Positions 26,432-37,073 of a stretch of 64,000 bases of DNA are shown one piece after another (the first letter of the stretch is position 1; each line of letters starts with the position of its first letter). The position numbers were made by a program, and so were the translations under genes. The DNA is taken from the IMG/VR virus record IMGVR_UViG_3300028048_000047, positions 1 to 64,000 of that record. One strand, written 5' to 3'. The notes below the pieces were generated by a model. The model did not search any database and was not told the origin of the DNA. It saw only the letters and a program-made list of their open reading frames with translations. The DNA comes from a virus (taxonomy: Duplodnaviria > Caudoviricetes).

Positions 26432-29400
26432 ATGACCGAAGAAGTGATATTACAGTTCATGGGCGAAGATAAAATAAGTAATGTAGTTTCTACTATTGAA
26501 TCAAATACATTAGCATCAATACAATCAATACAACAAGCAGTATCACAATTAAATGAAAGTGTATCAAATATGGGTACAGTAGATGGGAGTATTATTTTTG
26601 AAGGTGGAGGCTATGAGGAAACTGCTTCTGACCTTGATGATGTAGATGATAGTGCAGATAATGCAAGTTCAAGTGTAAAGGCATTTTCAGATTCTACACA
26701 AAAAGCATCAAACAGTAGTGGACAATTAGGGAAATCTACTGAGGAAGTACATTCACAAGTAGAGATGATTACTAAATCTACTGATAAGTCTGCCGATTCC
26801 GTAAAAGACTTAGGGGATGCTAATAAAAATGCTGAAAAAGATGTATCCAGTTTTTCAAGTGCATTAGGTAAAAATACTGATTCAAAAAATCAAAATGCTT
26901 CTGCTTCAAATAATGCGAAAAATTCGCAAAGTACATTTAGAAACGAAACAACTGGGGCAAAAGAAGCGACTGACAATTTTTCAGCGGCACTTAAAGATGT
27001 TAATACTAATTTATCAACATTAAGTGCGGGTTCTGCAATGTATCTTGCAGGACAAATGAGTAGTCTTGGAACAAGAATGGAAGACTCTGCAAAAAATTTA
27101 AATAATTTAAGCATAGGTCTTGGACAAGTTGCTAAAATGTCTGGTATGGCAGAAGGTGAAATGACAGATATGATTACACATATCAGTAATGAAACTTTCC
27201 CAAATGATGAAGCAATAATGTATACAAAAAATTTAGTGCAGATGGGTGTTGAATCTAAAAATTTTGCAGAACAAGCAACAAATATGGATAGAATTAATGA
27301 TGCTTTTGGATTAGGTGCAGAAACAACAAATAGTTTAGTAACAGAATTATCTGTTCTTGGAGTAGATGCGAATAATATTGCATCTTCATTTAATGCACTT
27401 GCTTATGCTAATGAAAACACCAAAGGTGGTATGGAGAACTTTTATTCTTTCCTTCGTAAATATGACTCAGAATTACATCAATTAGGTTATAATACTGACC
27501 AAGCGGCGATTATTATTTCTGCTGCGACTCAAAAATTTGGTGGAGGTAGGGCAGCGTTAGCAGGGTTAAGTGAGGCTCTTAAAGAAGCAGGTAGTGATAC
27601 TGGTGCGTTAGAATCTGCTTTAAACTTAAAATCAGGAGCATTACAACACGCTTCACAAGAAACTGCAAGTTATGAAGGACAATTACAATCTCTTGCCGAT
27701 GAACAAATGGAACATAAAACCATTTTAGAAAGGATTACTGCATTTACTGATGATTTATTATTAAGGAATGCAGGACTTGTTACATTGGGTCAATCAATTA
27801 TGGGTGTTTTTGGTCAAGGAGCAAATATTGGTTTAACTGTCTTTGGTTTGAAAGAAATGGGTCTTGCTATTGCGAATTGGGGTCATGCAGGTAAAGTATT
27901 AGATAGTACTATTGATAGATTAAAATTACTTCGTACTTCTTCACAAGAGGCTTCTAAGGCTATTTCTACAACTACTGCTGTGAATCCGAAAGCTATGACT
28001 ACTGTAAATCCTAAAACAATGAATATACCTTCGACTGGTGTTGGTAAGAATACTGGTAAAGTGGCTTCTGAAACTAAACAAGTTGTTGAAGGGGCGGCTA
28101 AGACAGGAGCAATGGCAGGTCCTGCTAATACGGCAGGGGCAAGTATGAAGGCTACTGGTACTGGTTTAAAGTCTATTGGTAGTGGTGCTTTATCTATGGT
28201 TGCTCCTTTACTTCAAATTAGTGTTGCAGTTATGATTTTGTTACCTGTTTTGGCTTTAATTGCCGCAGAAGCACTTCTTTTACTTAAAGGATTACAGATA
28301 CTTGTTAAAGCATTGGCTTTTGATAAGATTGATTTAACTAAGTCTATTGAAGGTATTAAACAAGTTGGTAAGGCTTTATGGGAGATTGGTGTTGCTATTG
28401 GTGCTATGGCAGTTACTTCCATTATAACTATGATTTCTACTCCAATTATTGTTCTTGGACAGATTGTTGCTCCTATTAATCAAATAGGACAAATGTTAGT
28501 TGATGTTGCAAGGGAGTTACAGATTTTTAATAGTATTAATATTGATAAGTCCATTCCTACTAAAATCAAGTCACTTTCCGATACTTTGAAACTTGTTAGT
28601 GATGCAATGGGAAGTTTAGGTAATTTGTCTTGGAATATGGCTTGGGGTAATCTTATTGGTATGATAATTGGGAATGTTGGTGATGCCGTTAGGAACGCAA
28701 GTAGAGAAATCATTAATGCAAGTAATGAACTTGATAAGATTAAAGATGTTCCTGATTTAGATAAAGGTGCTGTTGATAAGTTAAAAAAAGTCGGTACTGC
28801 TTTGGAGAGTGTTGGAAAGGCTATGGATGGTCTTAGGAGCATTCGTGATAGTCAGAATTTTGATATAAGTGGATTTGTTGGTGGATTATTTGGTGGAGCA
28901 AATATTGAACAGGCATTGAATAATGTTAAAGATGATGTTTATAAGGCTTCTTCTGCTTTGAAAAATTTTGATGGTGTAGATACTATTCCTGATGGTGTTG
29001 GGAATAATTTAAAGAAAGTCGCTGATGCTTTGAAGAGTGTTGGGGACAGTATGGAAGTACTCCGTAAACTTCGTGATGATTATAATTGGGATATAGGTAT
29101 TGGTTCATTATTTGGTGATAGTGATGTTGTAGGTACTCTTGATAAAATTAAAGAAGATTTAGTTAAAGTTAGTGGTTCTTTAAAGAGTCTTGGTGAAGCT
29201 GGTGGTTTAGAGAAGATTGGTGATGATGTTCCTAAGAAGATTAAGAAAGTTACTGATACATTGGATTCTGTTCTTAAATCTATTGATAAAATGAATGAGT
29301 TCCAAGGTAAAGGTGAAGGGAAACAAGGTAATGATTTTAGTAATATTGTTACTACTATTGATAATGCTCGAAGTTCTTTAATTGAAGTTAGTAAATCTTT

Positions 29401-30805
29401 ATCTAAATTAGGAAGTGATGGTGGTGAAGGTAGTGGTTTGGCTACTATTGGTGGTGAAGTCAAATCAAAACTAAAAACTGTGACAAAAGTTTTAAGTACT
29501 TTGGCTACTGCTATTAATAATTTGAAGGGTTTTCCTACTGTTAGTGGTGATGAGATTCCTAATCGTGTTGATAAGGCAGTTACTGTTATTCAGAATTCTG
29601 CAAGACATATGAATAATCTTAATGGTAGTCATAAAGTTAGTGGGGCTATTATAAGTGTTATTAGTTCTGTTGGTAAAGCAGGGAGAAGACTTGCTTCTGC
29701 AACTAATGCTTTGAAGGGTTTTCCTACTGTTAGTGGTGATGAGATTCCTAATCGTGTTGATAAGGCAGTTACTGTTATTCAGAATTCTGCAAGACATATG
29801 AATAATCTTAAAGGAACACCAAAAGTTAGTGGTGGTATTGTAAGCGTTATTAATTCTGTTGGTAAAGCAGGTAGGAGATTAAGTAGCGTTACTAATTCTT
29901 TGAAGGGTTTTCCTGTTGTGAGTGGTAATGAAATTCCTAATCGTGTTAAAAAGGCAGTTACTGCTGTTAAAAATACTGCTAAACAGTTAAATAAGTTGAA
30001 AGGTACTTCTGTTAAAGGAGGTATTGGAGGTATTTTAAATTCTGTTGCTAATGCAGTTAAAAGATTAAGGACAACTTTATCAAAAATGAGTGGTGGTTTT
30101 AAAACTGATGGTCAAAATATAGGTACTAATTTGAAAACTGGTATTAAAACTGGTTTAAATGGATTAGGAGATACTGTTAGTACTGCTGTTAATGATGCAA
30201 GTGGTAAAGCGAATCCTACTGCTACTACTATGGGTACTAATCTTGGTAAGAGTGCAGTAAATGGTTTTAAATCAAGTTTTCTTTTAGGAGAGGTTATTGC
30301 CGCAGAGATGTCTAATGGTTTAAATGCTATTACTACTGCTACACCTGATATTACTAATGCTATGGGAGCATTAGCAGAACAAATGGTTCAAGAATTTAAA
30401 AATCGTTCTCAAATTAAATCTCCTGGTGCTATTGCAAGAGCAATTCGTGCAGAAATGGGTTATATGAAAGAATTTGTTGTTGTTCACGGTAAAGGTGTAG
30501 TGTCTTCTGTTGGTGGTCTTGCAGATAATATAGTTAATACTTTTAAACCAAATCTTCAATCACAATTAAATGCTCTTAATGTTAATAATCGTTCGTTAAA
30601 TAGGAATAGGTTAAATACTTTGAATAGTATGACTGATAGGAATTCAATGAATGAAAATAATCAAAGACCAGTTACTATTGTGTTTAATGAAGGTGCAGTA
30701 CAGTTAGATGCAAGGAACTTAACCACACAAGAATCAAGACAAGTGTTACTTAATGCTATTGAAGGTTTAGATGTTGTTGAAAGTGTAAATATTAAAGGAG
30801 CATAA
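26432..30805 (+). CDS. tape measure protein
   Basis: about 1460 aa helical Ala/Gly/Ser-rich, hydrophobic segment, IKSPG near C-terminus, synteny. Confidence 0.9.
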   Translation: MTEEVILQFMGEDKISNVVSTIESNTLASIQSIQQAVSQLNESVSNMGTVDGSIIFEGGGYEETASDLDDVDDSADNASSSVKAFSDSTQKASNSSGQLGKSTEEVHSQVEMITKSTDKSADSVKDLGDANKNAEKDVSSFSSALGKNTDSKNQNASASNNAKNSQSTFRNETTGAKEATDNFSAALKDVNTNLSTLSAGSAMYLAGQMSSLGTRMEDSAKNLNNLSIGLGQVAKMSGMAEGEMTDMITHISNETFPNDEAIMYTKNLVQMGVESKNFAEQATNMDRINDAFGLGAETTNSLVTELSVLGVDANNIASSFNALAYANENTKGGMENFYSFLRKYDSELHQLGYNTDQAAIIISAATQKFGGGRAALAGLSEALKEAGSDTGALESALNLKSGALQHASQETASYEGQLQSLADEQMEHKTILERITAFTDDLLLRNAGLVTLGQSIMGVFGQGANIGLTVFGLKEMGLAIANWGHAGKVLDSTIDRLKLLRTSSQEASKAISTTTAVNPKAMTTVNPKTMNIPSTGVGKNTGKVASETKQVVEGAAKTGAMAGPANTAGASMKATGTGLKSIGSGALSMVAPLLQISVAVMILLPVLALIAAEALLLLKGLQILVKALAFDKIDLTKSIEGIKQVGKALWEIGVAIGAMAVTSIITMISTPIIVLGQIVAPINQIGQMLVDVARELQIFNSINIDKSIPTKIKSLSDTLKLVSDAMGSLGNLSWNMAWGNLIGMIIGNVGDAVRNASREIINASNELDKIKDVPDLDKGAVDKLKKVGTALESVGKAMDGLRSIRDSQNFDISGFVGGLFGGANIEQALNNVKDDVYKASSALKNFDGVDTIPDGVGNNLKKVADALKSVGDSMEVLRKLRDDYNWDIGIGSLFGDSDVVGTLDKIKEDLVKVSGSLKSLGEAGGLEKIGDDVPKKIKKVTDTLDSVLKSIDKMNEFQGKGEGKQGNDFSNIVTTIDNARSSLIEVSKSLSKLGSDGGEGSGLATIGGEVKSKLKTVTKVLSTLATAINNLKGFPTVSGDEIPNRVDKAVTVIQNSARHMNNLNGSHKVSGAIISVISSVGKAGRRLASATNALKGFPTVSGDEIPNRVDKAVTVIQNSARHMNNLKGTPKVSGGIVSVINSVGKAGRRLSSVTNSLKGFPVVSGNEIPNRVKKAVTAVKNTAKQLNKLKGTSVKGGIGGILNSVANAVKRLRTTLSKMSGGFKTDGQNIGTNLKTGIKTGLNGLGDTVSTAVNDASGKANPTATTMGTNLGKSAVNGFKSSFLLGEVIAAEMSNGLNAITTATPDITNAMGALAEQMVQEFKNRSQIKSPGAIARAIRAEMGYMKEFVVVHGKGVVSSVGGLADNIVNTFKPNLQSQLNALNVNNRSLNRNRLNTLNSMTDRNSMNENNQRPVTIVFNEGAVQLDARNLTTQESRQVLLNAIEGLDVVESVNIKGA
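29522..29965 (+). repeat. 189-bp-period repeat (63 aa) in tape measure
   Basis: TTGAAGGGTTTTCCT... at 29522, 29711, 29900. Confidence 0.9.
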
Positions 30806-30810
30806 TTATT

Positions 30811-31377
30811 ATGGCTATGTATGGGAAAAATGTTAGTAAGGATAATTATAATGTTAGTCTTGATGGTTATGATATGATTATGGAAGAGGTAACTGTTAAT
30901 GAAGGGTTTAACAGAAGAGAAACTATAAGACATAATATTCTTGGTGGTACACAAAGTGTTATGAGGGGTAATTATTTACCTCGTGATTATTCTTTTATTA
31001 CTCATTTGTTGATTGACCCTGATTTTCCTGATGTTTATGATAGTGTTCTTCGTGAGTGGCAAAGTAAACCAGTTGAAGTTATTAGTAGATATATGGGTGG
31101 TAAGTTTAATGCAGAAGTTATTGTTAAAAAAACACCTACTATTTATCCTAATTATTTGAGTTTGGAAGTACAAGTGATTGAGATTCCGTCCAAAGAATCA
31201 TTAATACCAAATGAAGAGTATATTACTCCCAAAGGTTCTAAAACAGTTAAAACTATCACTAAAAAGAATAATAAAAATAAAGACAAAAGTAAAAGTAAAA
31301 CAGATACTAAAAAGAATACTACCAAACGAACAAAAGATGGTAAAACTAAGGGTAGTAATATTACACAAGTAAAATAG
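30811..31377 (+). CDS. tail tube initiator/baseplate-proximal protein
   Basis: directly after tape measure; Lys-rich tail. Confidence 0.55.
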   Translation: MAMYGKNVSKDNYNVSLDGYDMIMEEVTVNEGFNRRETIRHNILGGTQSVMRGNYLPRDYSFITHLLIDPDFPDVYDSVLREWQSKPVEVISRYMGGKFNAEVIVKKTPTIYPNYLSLEVQVIEIPSKESLIPNEEYITPKGSKTVKTITKKNNKNKDKSKSKTDTKKNTTKRTKDGKTKGSNITQVK

Positions 31378-31393
31378 GTTGGAGGCATGAATC

Positions 31394-32668
31394 ATGGCTG
31401 ATTGGGATACTACTCCTGGTAGAACTGGTAGAAGGACTATTGACCAAATCATGGATAAAACCAATAGTGGAAGTAGTAGCAGTAGTAGTGGGAGTGATAA
31501 TAGTAGTGATAGTTCTTCGTCATCTGATAGTGATTCTACAAAGAAAACAAAAGTTAAACCTGACCTTCGTAAAACTTATAAGGAAGTACCAATACCAGTT
31601 CCTAAGAAAAGATATGGTATGCCAAGTAGGTATAGTGTTAGTAGAGCAGGAGTAGAATTATATGAAACTGATGAGGATAATTATGAACCATATGTTCCAA
31701 CTGGGAGTGCAGGTGGAGGTACAACAACTGTTGAAGATGAAAGTGTAGATAGTGATGATGAAGATAACACACCAGGATTTAGTTTACATATGGGTGAAGT
31801 CTTAAAAATTCACTATGAAGATGAACTGAATAGTATTAGTTTTGAAAGTGATTATAAGGACATGAATAATAATGCCAGTATTAGATTAGATGATATAAAT
31901 CTTAAAAAAGCATACAAAGGGGTAAGGCTTAAATTATTATCTGAATGGGATTCAATAGATAAAATTAAATTCCAATGGGAAGATTTAAAAGAAGCAATAG
32001 AAGGTTTCATTACAGAACAAAAATTCACAGATACCGAAGTTGAAGTGACAGTAAGTGGAATGACAAAAACATTGGAAATGAAATATAAATTTGATTTCAA
32101 ACAAATGTATCGGTCTGAAATAATAAATCAAGTTATATTAACTGCTGGATTAAAACCAGTATTAAATTTTGAAGGTTTAGAAGATGATATAATTGATTTC
32201 AAAAATTATTCTGAATCAGATAGCAGTAGTGGAAGTACTGGTGATGTTAAAATTAAGTCAACAGGTAGTAAAGTTTTAGATGAAGTTGTTAAAAAAGCAA
32301 TTGCAGGAAAAACAGATGATTTAGAAAAAGCAAAAGCAATATTTGAAGCATTTAAAGAACATTGTTATTATGAAGGTTATTCAGATTGTCAGTATCCTAA
32401 TGATATTGAGAAAGCATGGAATGATGCACATATAAATTGTGCTGATGGAGCGAATGTTTTATGTGCAATGTATCTTGCCGCAGGTTTAAATTCCGTTATT
32501 GTCCATGTTAATAATCATTATATTGTTAAAACTGAAATTAATGGTAAAAGTTATCTTTCAGACAGTTCAGGGGCAGAAGGAGCGCATAATACAAGACCAT
32601 TTGGGGAGGTATTCACCTATGATGGTGTTACAAGTGGTTCTGTTGTGGGTACACATTTAGATTATTAA
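31394..32668 (+). CDS. baseplate hub N-terminal part fused to transglutaminase-like (papain-fold) domain
   Basis: EGFIT...VTVSGMTKTLE...RSEIINQV..TAGL; INCADGANVL...HY...LSDSS (Cys-His-Asp). Confidence 0.65.
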   Translation: MADWDTTPGRTGRRTIDQIMDKTNSGSSSSSSGSDNSSDSSSSSDSDSTKKTKVKPDLRKTYKEVPIPVPKKRYGMPSRYSVSRAGVELYETDEDNYEPYVPTGSAGGGTTTVEDESVDSDDEDNTPGFSLHMGEVLKIHYEDELNSISFESDYKDMNNNASIRLDDINLKKAYKGVRLKLLSEWDSIDKIKFQWEDLKEAIEGFITEQKFTDTEVEVTVSGMTKTLEMKYKFDFKQMYRSEIINQVILTAGLKPVLNFEGLEDDIIDFKNYSESDSSSGSTGDVKIKSTGSKVLDEVVKKAIAGKTDDLEKAKAIFEAFKEHCYYEGYSDCQYPNDIEKAWNDAHINCADGANVLCAMYLAAGLNSVIVHVNNHYIVKTEINGKSYLSDSSGAEGAHNTRPFGEVFTYDGVTSGSVVGTHLDY

Positions 32669-32697
32669 ATTTATTTAAAAAATGAGGTTTTGATAAA

Positions 32698-33423
32698 ATG
32701 GGTGATTCCAAAAAGATTAATGCAACGAAAGGAAGATTAATGAATGGTTTTGATAAGATTACTCATAGTGCTATTCAAAATACTGTTCCTAAACAAATAG
32801 AAGAGGCAATAAGTAAGGTTAGTATGAGAACTGGTGTTATAACAAAGTTTTATCCTTATCTTGATAAAGCAGAAGTACAATTTGATTCCACTAAAAAGAA
32901 AGTACTTTGTAAAATTTTACATAGGTTTTGTGGAGATTTGATTGATTTTTACACACCTCTTGCAGATAAAAAAGGGTTTAATAAGAAGTTACAAGAACCT
33001 TATGTTGTTCCAAAATTTAGACAAACGGTTTGTGTTTTGAATATTCATGATTCTGATAGTCAAGAACATTTAATTTTGGGTTATTATAATAATAAAGATA
33101 TAGTTAATTTTAATCCTGCTAAACCTGGTAATCTTAAAATTATGAGTGTTTATGATGATGGTAATGAGTGTTGGCTTAAATTTGGTAAAGATGGGTTCAA
33201 TTATAGAGTAACAAAAACTCCTAATCGTTATGTTGGAGATAAACATGAAGATGATGGTGTTAAAGAGTTTGACTATCCGATGTCTACTGATGTGTATACT
33301 AAGAGTGAAGTTGATAAGTTAATTAATGAAAAAGAGATTTATACCAAAGAGGAAGTGGACACACTTTTACAAAGTTATGATGATAGAATAAAAAAATTGG
33401 AAGATATTATTAAAGATGGATAA
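32698..33423 (+). CDS. baseplate spike-like protein (OB fold)
   Basis: RTGVITKFYPYLDKAEVQF, LILGY; YTK.EVD repeats. Confidence 0.6.
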   Translation: MGDSKKINATKGRLMNGFDKITHSAIQNTVPKQIEEAISKVSMRTGVITKFYPYLDKAEVQFDSTKKKVLCKILHRFCGDLIDFYTPLADKKGFNKKLQEPYVVPKFRQTVCVLNIHDSDSQEHLILGYYNNKDIVNFNPAKPGNLKIMSVYDDGNECWLKFGKDGFNYRVTKTPNRYVGDKHEDDGVKEFDYPMSTDVYTKSEVDKLINEKEIYTKEEVDTLLQSYDDRIKKLEDIIKDG

Positions 33424-33479
33424 AAAAAAGAATTTTTATGAATTGATTATTTTTTTATGGTTTAAGGTTGGTTTTGTTT

Positions 33480-34898
33480 ATGAGTCATGTTGTTCTTGGT
33501 TGTGATATAAATGATGGTAATGATTCTGAATGGCAGAATACTGTTGCAAGTGCATTAGAAAAAAATGGACATAAAGTTGAAAAACTACCGATACATCCTA
33601 CACCATTTGGACAATATTCATATGGTGAAGCAGGGTACAATCCAAAGGGTAAAATTGGGGTGTATATTATGGCAGACAGTTTAGTGTCTGTTGCAGACCT
33701 TGCTTATGGGGGTACTGGATTTAAATATGCTTACTTTATTATAAGAATGGATTTGGGTAGACCTAAAATGAGTCAACCTGAACACTTTAAAACAAGTCCT
33801 ATTGGTATGGACGGTGATTGTACTGGGATTTGTGAGAAATTAGTGGGTAAAACATATTCCCAAATGAATGACTTGACAAAAAGTAAATGTCAATGTACAT
33901 GGGGTAGAAATCCAAAAGAGGGTGCAAATAATCTCATTAAATTAATGGGAGGTAAAACTGATGATGATAATCTTAGTAAAAAAGTTAGTCAAGGAGGAAC
34001 TATTAAAGATGCCTTACAGAAACTTTTAACTCATTGGGATGGGCAAGTTGAGTGTTATATTCGTGGGGACGAAGTTCATGTGAATAAAATCCGTACACCT
34101 GAGAAGTATTATAGTTGTATTCTTCAAGAGGGTTATAATATTTTTGTTGAATCCGTTACTGTTACCGATGTTAATCCTAATACTCCAAATTATTTAGAGG
34201 TGGTCTGGACTGGTGGGGTTATCACTATTAAAGATGATAGTTTAATTAAACGATTTGGTGTTGTCCGTGTTAATGTTGTGGCTGCAAAAACCACAGATGA
34301 GAAAACTACTGGTGCAGGAGGAGATGATTGGGATACTACCCCTGGTAGAACTGGTAGAAGAACGATTGACCAGATTATGGATACAAGTAGTACAGACAGT
34401 ACATCTAATGAAGGAAGCAGTAGTGATGATTCCGATTCAAGTTCTGATTCAAGTTCAAGTTCGGATTCCAAAAAGAAAAAAGATGATGATGAGAATATTG
34501 TAATTGTTGATGTTATTGATAATTATGATGACGCCTATTCTTATGCTCAAATGTACTGGACTAAGTTACAGAGAGAAAATGGTAGAACATTAGAGTGTCA
34601 AGTATGGGGTTCTTGTAATTACAATAGTGGTGAGTGGGCTAAGGTATATTTACCAAGTTTTGATATTAATGGATTTATGTATATCACTAATATGTCACAA
34701 TCAAATGATGGTGGCGATTGGACTTGTACTTTGACTTTAATGGATTTTCCACCTGGTTGGGGTAAAGAAGAAAAAGAAGAAAAAGAAGAAGATGAGAAAG
34801 AAGATAAAGAAGATGATGATTCAGAGGATATTTCTTCAAGTGGCGATGATTCTGATTCAAGTACTAATTCAAGTTCAAGTTCTTCATCAACAAGTTAA
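33480..34898 (+). CDS. uncharacterised N-domain plus baseplate hub C-terminal part
   Basis: TIKDALQKLL...CYIRGDEVHV, LIKRFG, MYITNMSQS...WTCTLTL. Confidence 0.6.
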   Translation: MSHVVLGCDINDGNDSEWQNTVASALEKNGHKVEKLPIHPTPFGQYSYGEAGYNPKGKIGVYIMADSLVSVADLAYGGTGFKYAYFIIRMDLGRPKMSQPEHFKTSPIGMDGDCTGICEKLVGKTYSQMNDLTKSKCQCTWGRNPKEGANNLIKLMGGKTDDDNLSKKVSQGGTIKDALQKLLTHWDGQVECYIRGDEVHVNKIRTPEKYYSCILQEGYNIFVESVTVTDVNPNTPNYLEVVWTGGVITIKDDSLIKRFGVVRVNVVAAKTTDEKTTGAGGDDWDTTPGRTGRRTIDQIMDTSSTDSTSNEGSSSDDSDSSSDSSSSSDSKKKKDDDENIVIVDVIDNYDDAYSYAQMYWTKLQRENGRTLECQVWGSCNYNSGEWAKVYLPSFDINGFMYITNMSQSNDGGDWTCTLTLMDFPPGWGKEEKEEKEEDEKEDKEDDDSEDISSSGDDSDSSTNSSSSSSSTS

Positions 34899-34930
34899 AT
34901 TTTTTCATATGATTAAAAATTAAAAAGGGT

Positions 34931-35194
34931 TTGTTTTCAATGTTTGATTTGGTTGTTTGGAGTGAGGAAGATTCAAATAATGATGTTGAATCTTTGTTTG
35001 ATGTTTTTGTTAAGTATTATGCACTTAAAGAACTTAAAATATTTTTTAAAAATAATACCGATATTTTAATTGAGAAATATAATGTTATTGGTAAAGAAAT
35101 GGATAGTGTTATTTTTAATGTTTATGAAGATGCTTCTGTTGATGTGAAGTTAGGTTCATTTGATTTTAATATGGTTAAATCTGTGTATGTTTAA
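34931..35194 (+). CDS. hypothetical protein
   Basis: ORF track. Confidence 0.45.
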   Translation: MFSMFDLVVWSEEDSNNDVESLFDVFVKYYALKELKIFFKNNTDILIEKYNVIGKEMDSVIFNVYEDASVDVKLGSFDFNMVKSVYV

Positions 35195-35229
35195 TTGAAT
35201 ATTTTTTTTATAAAGGAGTTGAGTTGGTT

Positions 35230-35709
35230 ATGGTGTTACCAGTTGATACTGAGAGTTATGCTTATTTGTTTTATAAGAATTTGAATGAAGATGTTAAATT
35301 AAAGTCTGATGCTATGGGTAGATGGGATATTGATTTTGATTTTGAGCATGATGATTGGTATAATGTTACTGGTTTTGAGAGTGTATTTAATGCTTGTGTA
35401 ATTGCTATAATGACTCGTTTTGATGAATTAGAGTTTATGGATTTGTATGATGATTTCGGTTGTCGGATTCATGAATTGATTAAAGCAAATAAAAGTAGGA
35501 ATGTTAAGTATCATATGGAGTTATTTGTTACGGAAGTATTGGAGAATATGAGAAGAATAAAAAGAGTTAATTGGGTTAATATTACGGATAATCCTAATGG
35601 TAAATTATATAGTTATGTGATTACTTTTAATGTTTCTTGTATGTTGGATGAAGATTATGAGTTAGAGGATGTGGATACTACAATTATTGAGGAGAGTTTC
35701 TTAATATGA
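35230..35709 (+). CDS. baseplate wedge/sheath initiator (gp25/W/gp46-like)
   Basis: AIMTRFDEL, DFGCRIHELI, E.L..M.RI..V. Confidence 0.75.
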   Translation: MVLPVDTESYAYLFYKNLNEDVKLKSDAMGRWDIDFDFEHDDWYNVTGFESVFNACVIAIMTRFDELEFMDLYDDFGCRIHELIKANKSRNVKYHMELFVTEVLENMRRIKRVNWVNITDNPNGKLYSYVITFNVSCMLDEDYELEDVDTTIIEESFLI

Positions 35710-37049
35710 GTTATATTTATGATGAAGAGGGTAATAAGAAGTATTATCAAGTAAATTATATTCAGAAGTATTATGAAGAATTGTTTTATGGGTTATTGGA
35801 AGAGGCTTATGATGTTAGTCTTATTAGTCATAATGAAAATTTCATTGATTATGTTAAATCAAGACAAGATATTAGTAGTTTTTATGTTATGACTTTGTCA
35901 ATTCTTGCTGATGAGATTGAAGATGTTTATTTTGATATAACTGATGTATATTACTCTGATAAAATCCAATATGCTATTGGGTCTGATTTAGATGATATTG
36001 GTTTGAGGGTTGGTTGTTTAAGACCTCGTGCTACTAAGGCAGGTGTTACTTTATCATTTAAGTTAAGTGTTCCTTTTGATGTTCCTATTGAGATTAATAC
36101 TCCTATTACTGTTTCTAATGGTAAGGGTGTTGAGTATGTTACTACTGGGACTTTGAGGTTTCCTATTGGGGAAACAGTATCTGAGGTTTTTGCTTTGTCA
36201 AGTAAAACTGGTAGAGGTTTTCGTGTTGAGGCAGATACTTTGCATATTATTGAAGAGGAAGTTGTTCTTGAAGATGGTACTATTATAGGTTTGTCAGTTA
36301 CAAATCCTAAGTCAAGTAGTGGGGGTAATGAAAAGTATAATGATGAGGAATATCGTGAATTATTACTTGATTGGGTTAAGAATAATATTAAAGGTAGTAA
36401 GGAGGCTTATGAAAGATATTTTGCTAATTTAGATGGTGTTGATTCATATAAACTCATACCTAATTGGAATGGGGTTACTGGTACTGTTAAGGTGGTTGTT
36501 GACCCTGGTGATTCTGAGCAATTGAATAATATTTATGATGATTTGAATGGTGTGGTTACTCAGTTTTCAGAAGATATAACTTTGTTCCCTCCTACTTTTG
36601 TACCGATTGATATATATGCTGTGTGTGATGTTGATATAGATGTGATTAATCCTTACAGTAGCTCTGAGAAAGAGGCGATTAAAAGTAGGATTAAGGAAGC
36701 AATTATTAAATATATTGAAGGGGATTTGTATTCTGAGAATAGGAAAGAACATCTTGGTTTAACAATTGGTGAAGATTTCATACCATATAAACTGGGTGTA
36801 TACTTATCACAAAAAATCCCTGAACTAAAAAACATTGGATTCAAATATCCTTTAAATCCAATCACAATAACTGATGAAGAAATGTGTACAAAAAATGAAA
36901 TAACAATTGAAATGAATTCTGTACCAACTTATAAAGAAATAGATTTAGATTCTGATGGTAATGCGGATATACTTGGTGTGGATTTGAATAATGATTCAAT
37001 GGCAGACCTTTATAGGAATAAGAATAATGTATCTCATGGCTTAAAATGA
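35706..37049 (+). CDS. baseplate J-like protein
   Basis: AIGSDLDDIG..VG..R..AT.A, VTNP...SGG.E...DEE.R, GTVKVVV. Confidence 0.9.
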   Translation: MSYIYDEEGNKKYYQVNYIQKYYEELFYGLLEEAYDVSLISHNENFIDYVKSRQDISSFYVMTLSILADEIEDVYFDITDVYYSDKIQYAIGSDLDDIGLRVGCLRPRATKAGVTLSFKLSVPFDVPIEINTPITVSNGKGVEYVTTGTLRFPIGETVSEVFALSSKTGRGFRVEADTLHIIEEEVVLEDGTIIGLSVTNPKSSSGGNEKYNDEEYRELLLDWVKNNIKGSKEAYERYFANLDGVDSYKLIPNWNGVTGTVKVVVDPGDSEQLNNIYDDLNGVVTQFSEDITLFPPTFVPIDIYAVCDVDIDVINPYSSSEKEAIKSRIKEAIIKYIEGDLYSENRKEHLGLTIGEDFIPYKLGVYLSQKIPELKNIGFKYPLNPITITDEEMCTKNEITIEMNSVPTYKEIDLDSDGNADILGVDLNNDSMADLYRNKNNVSHGLK

Positions 37050-37073
37050 TTTTTTATATTTGAGGTAAAAATT

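Noticed and set aside
31418-31435. GRTGRR identical to the eukaryotic PKI pseudosubstrate core
   Set aside because: Six residues only, no supporting context; probably coincidence.
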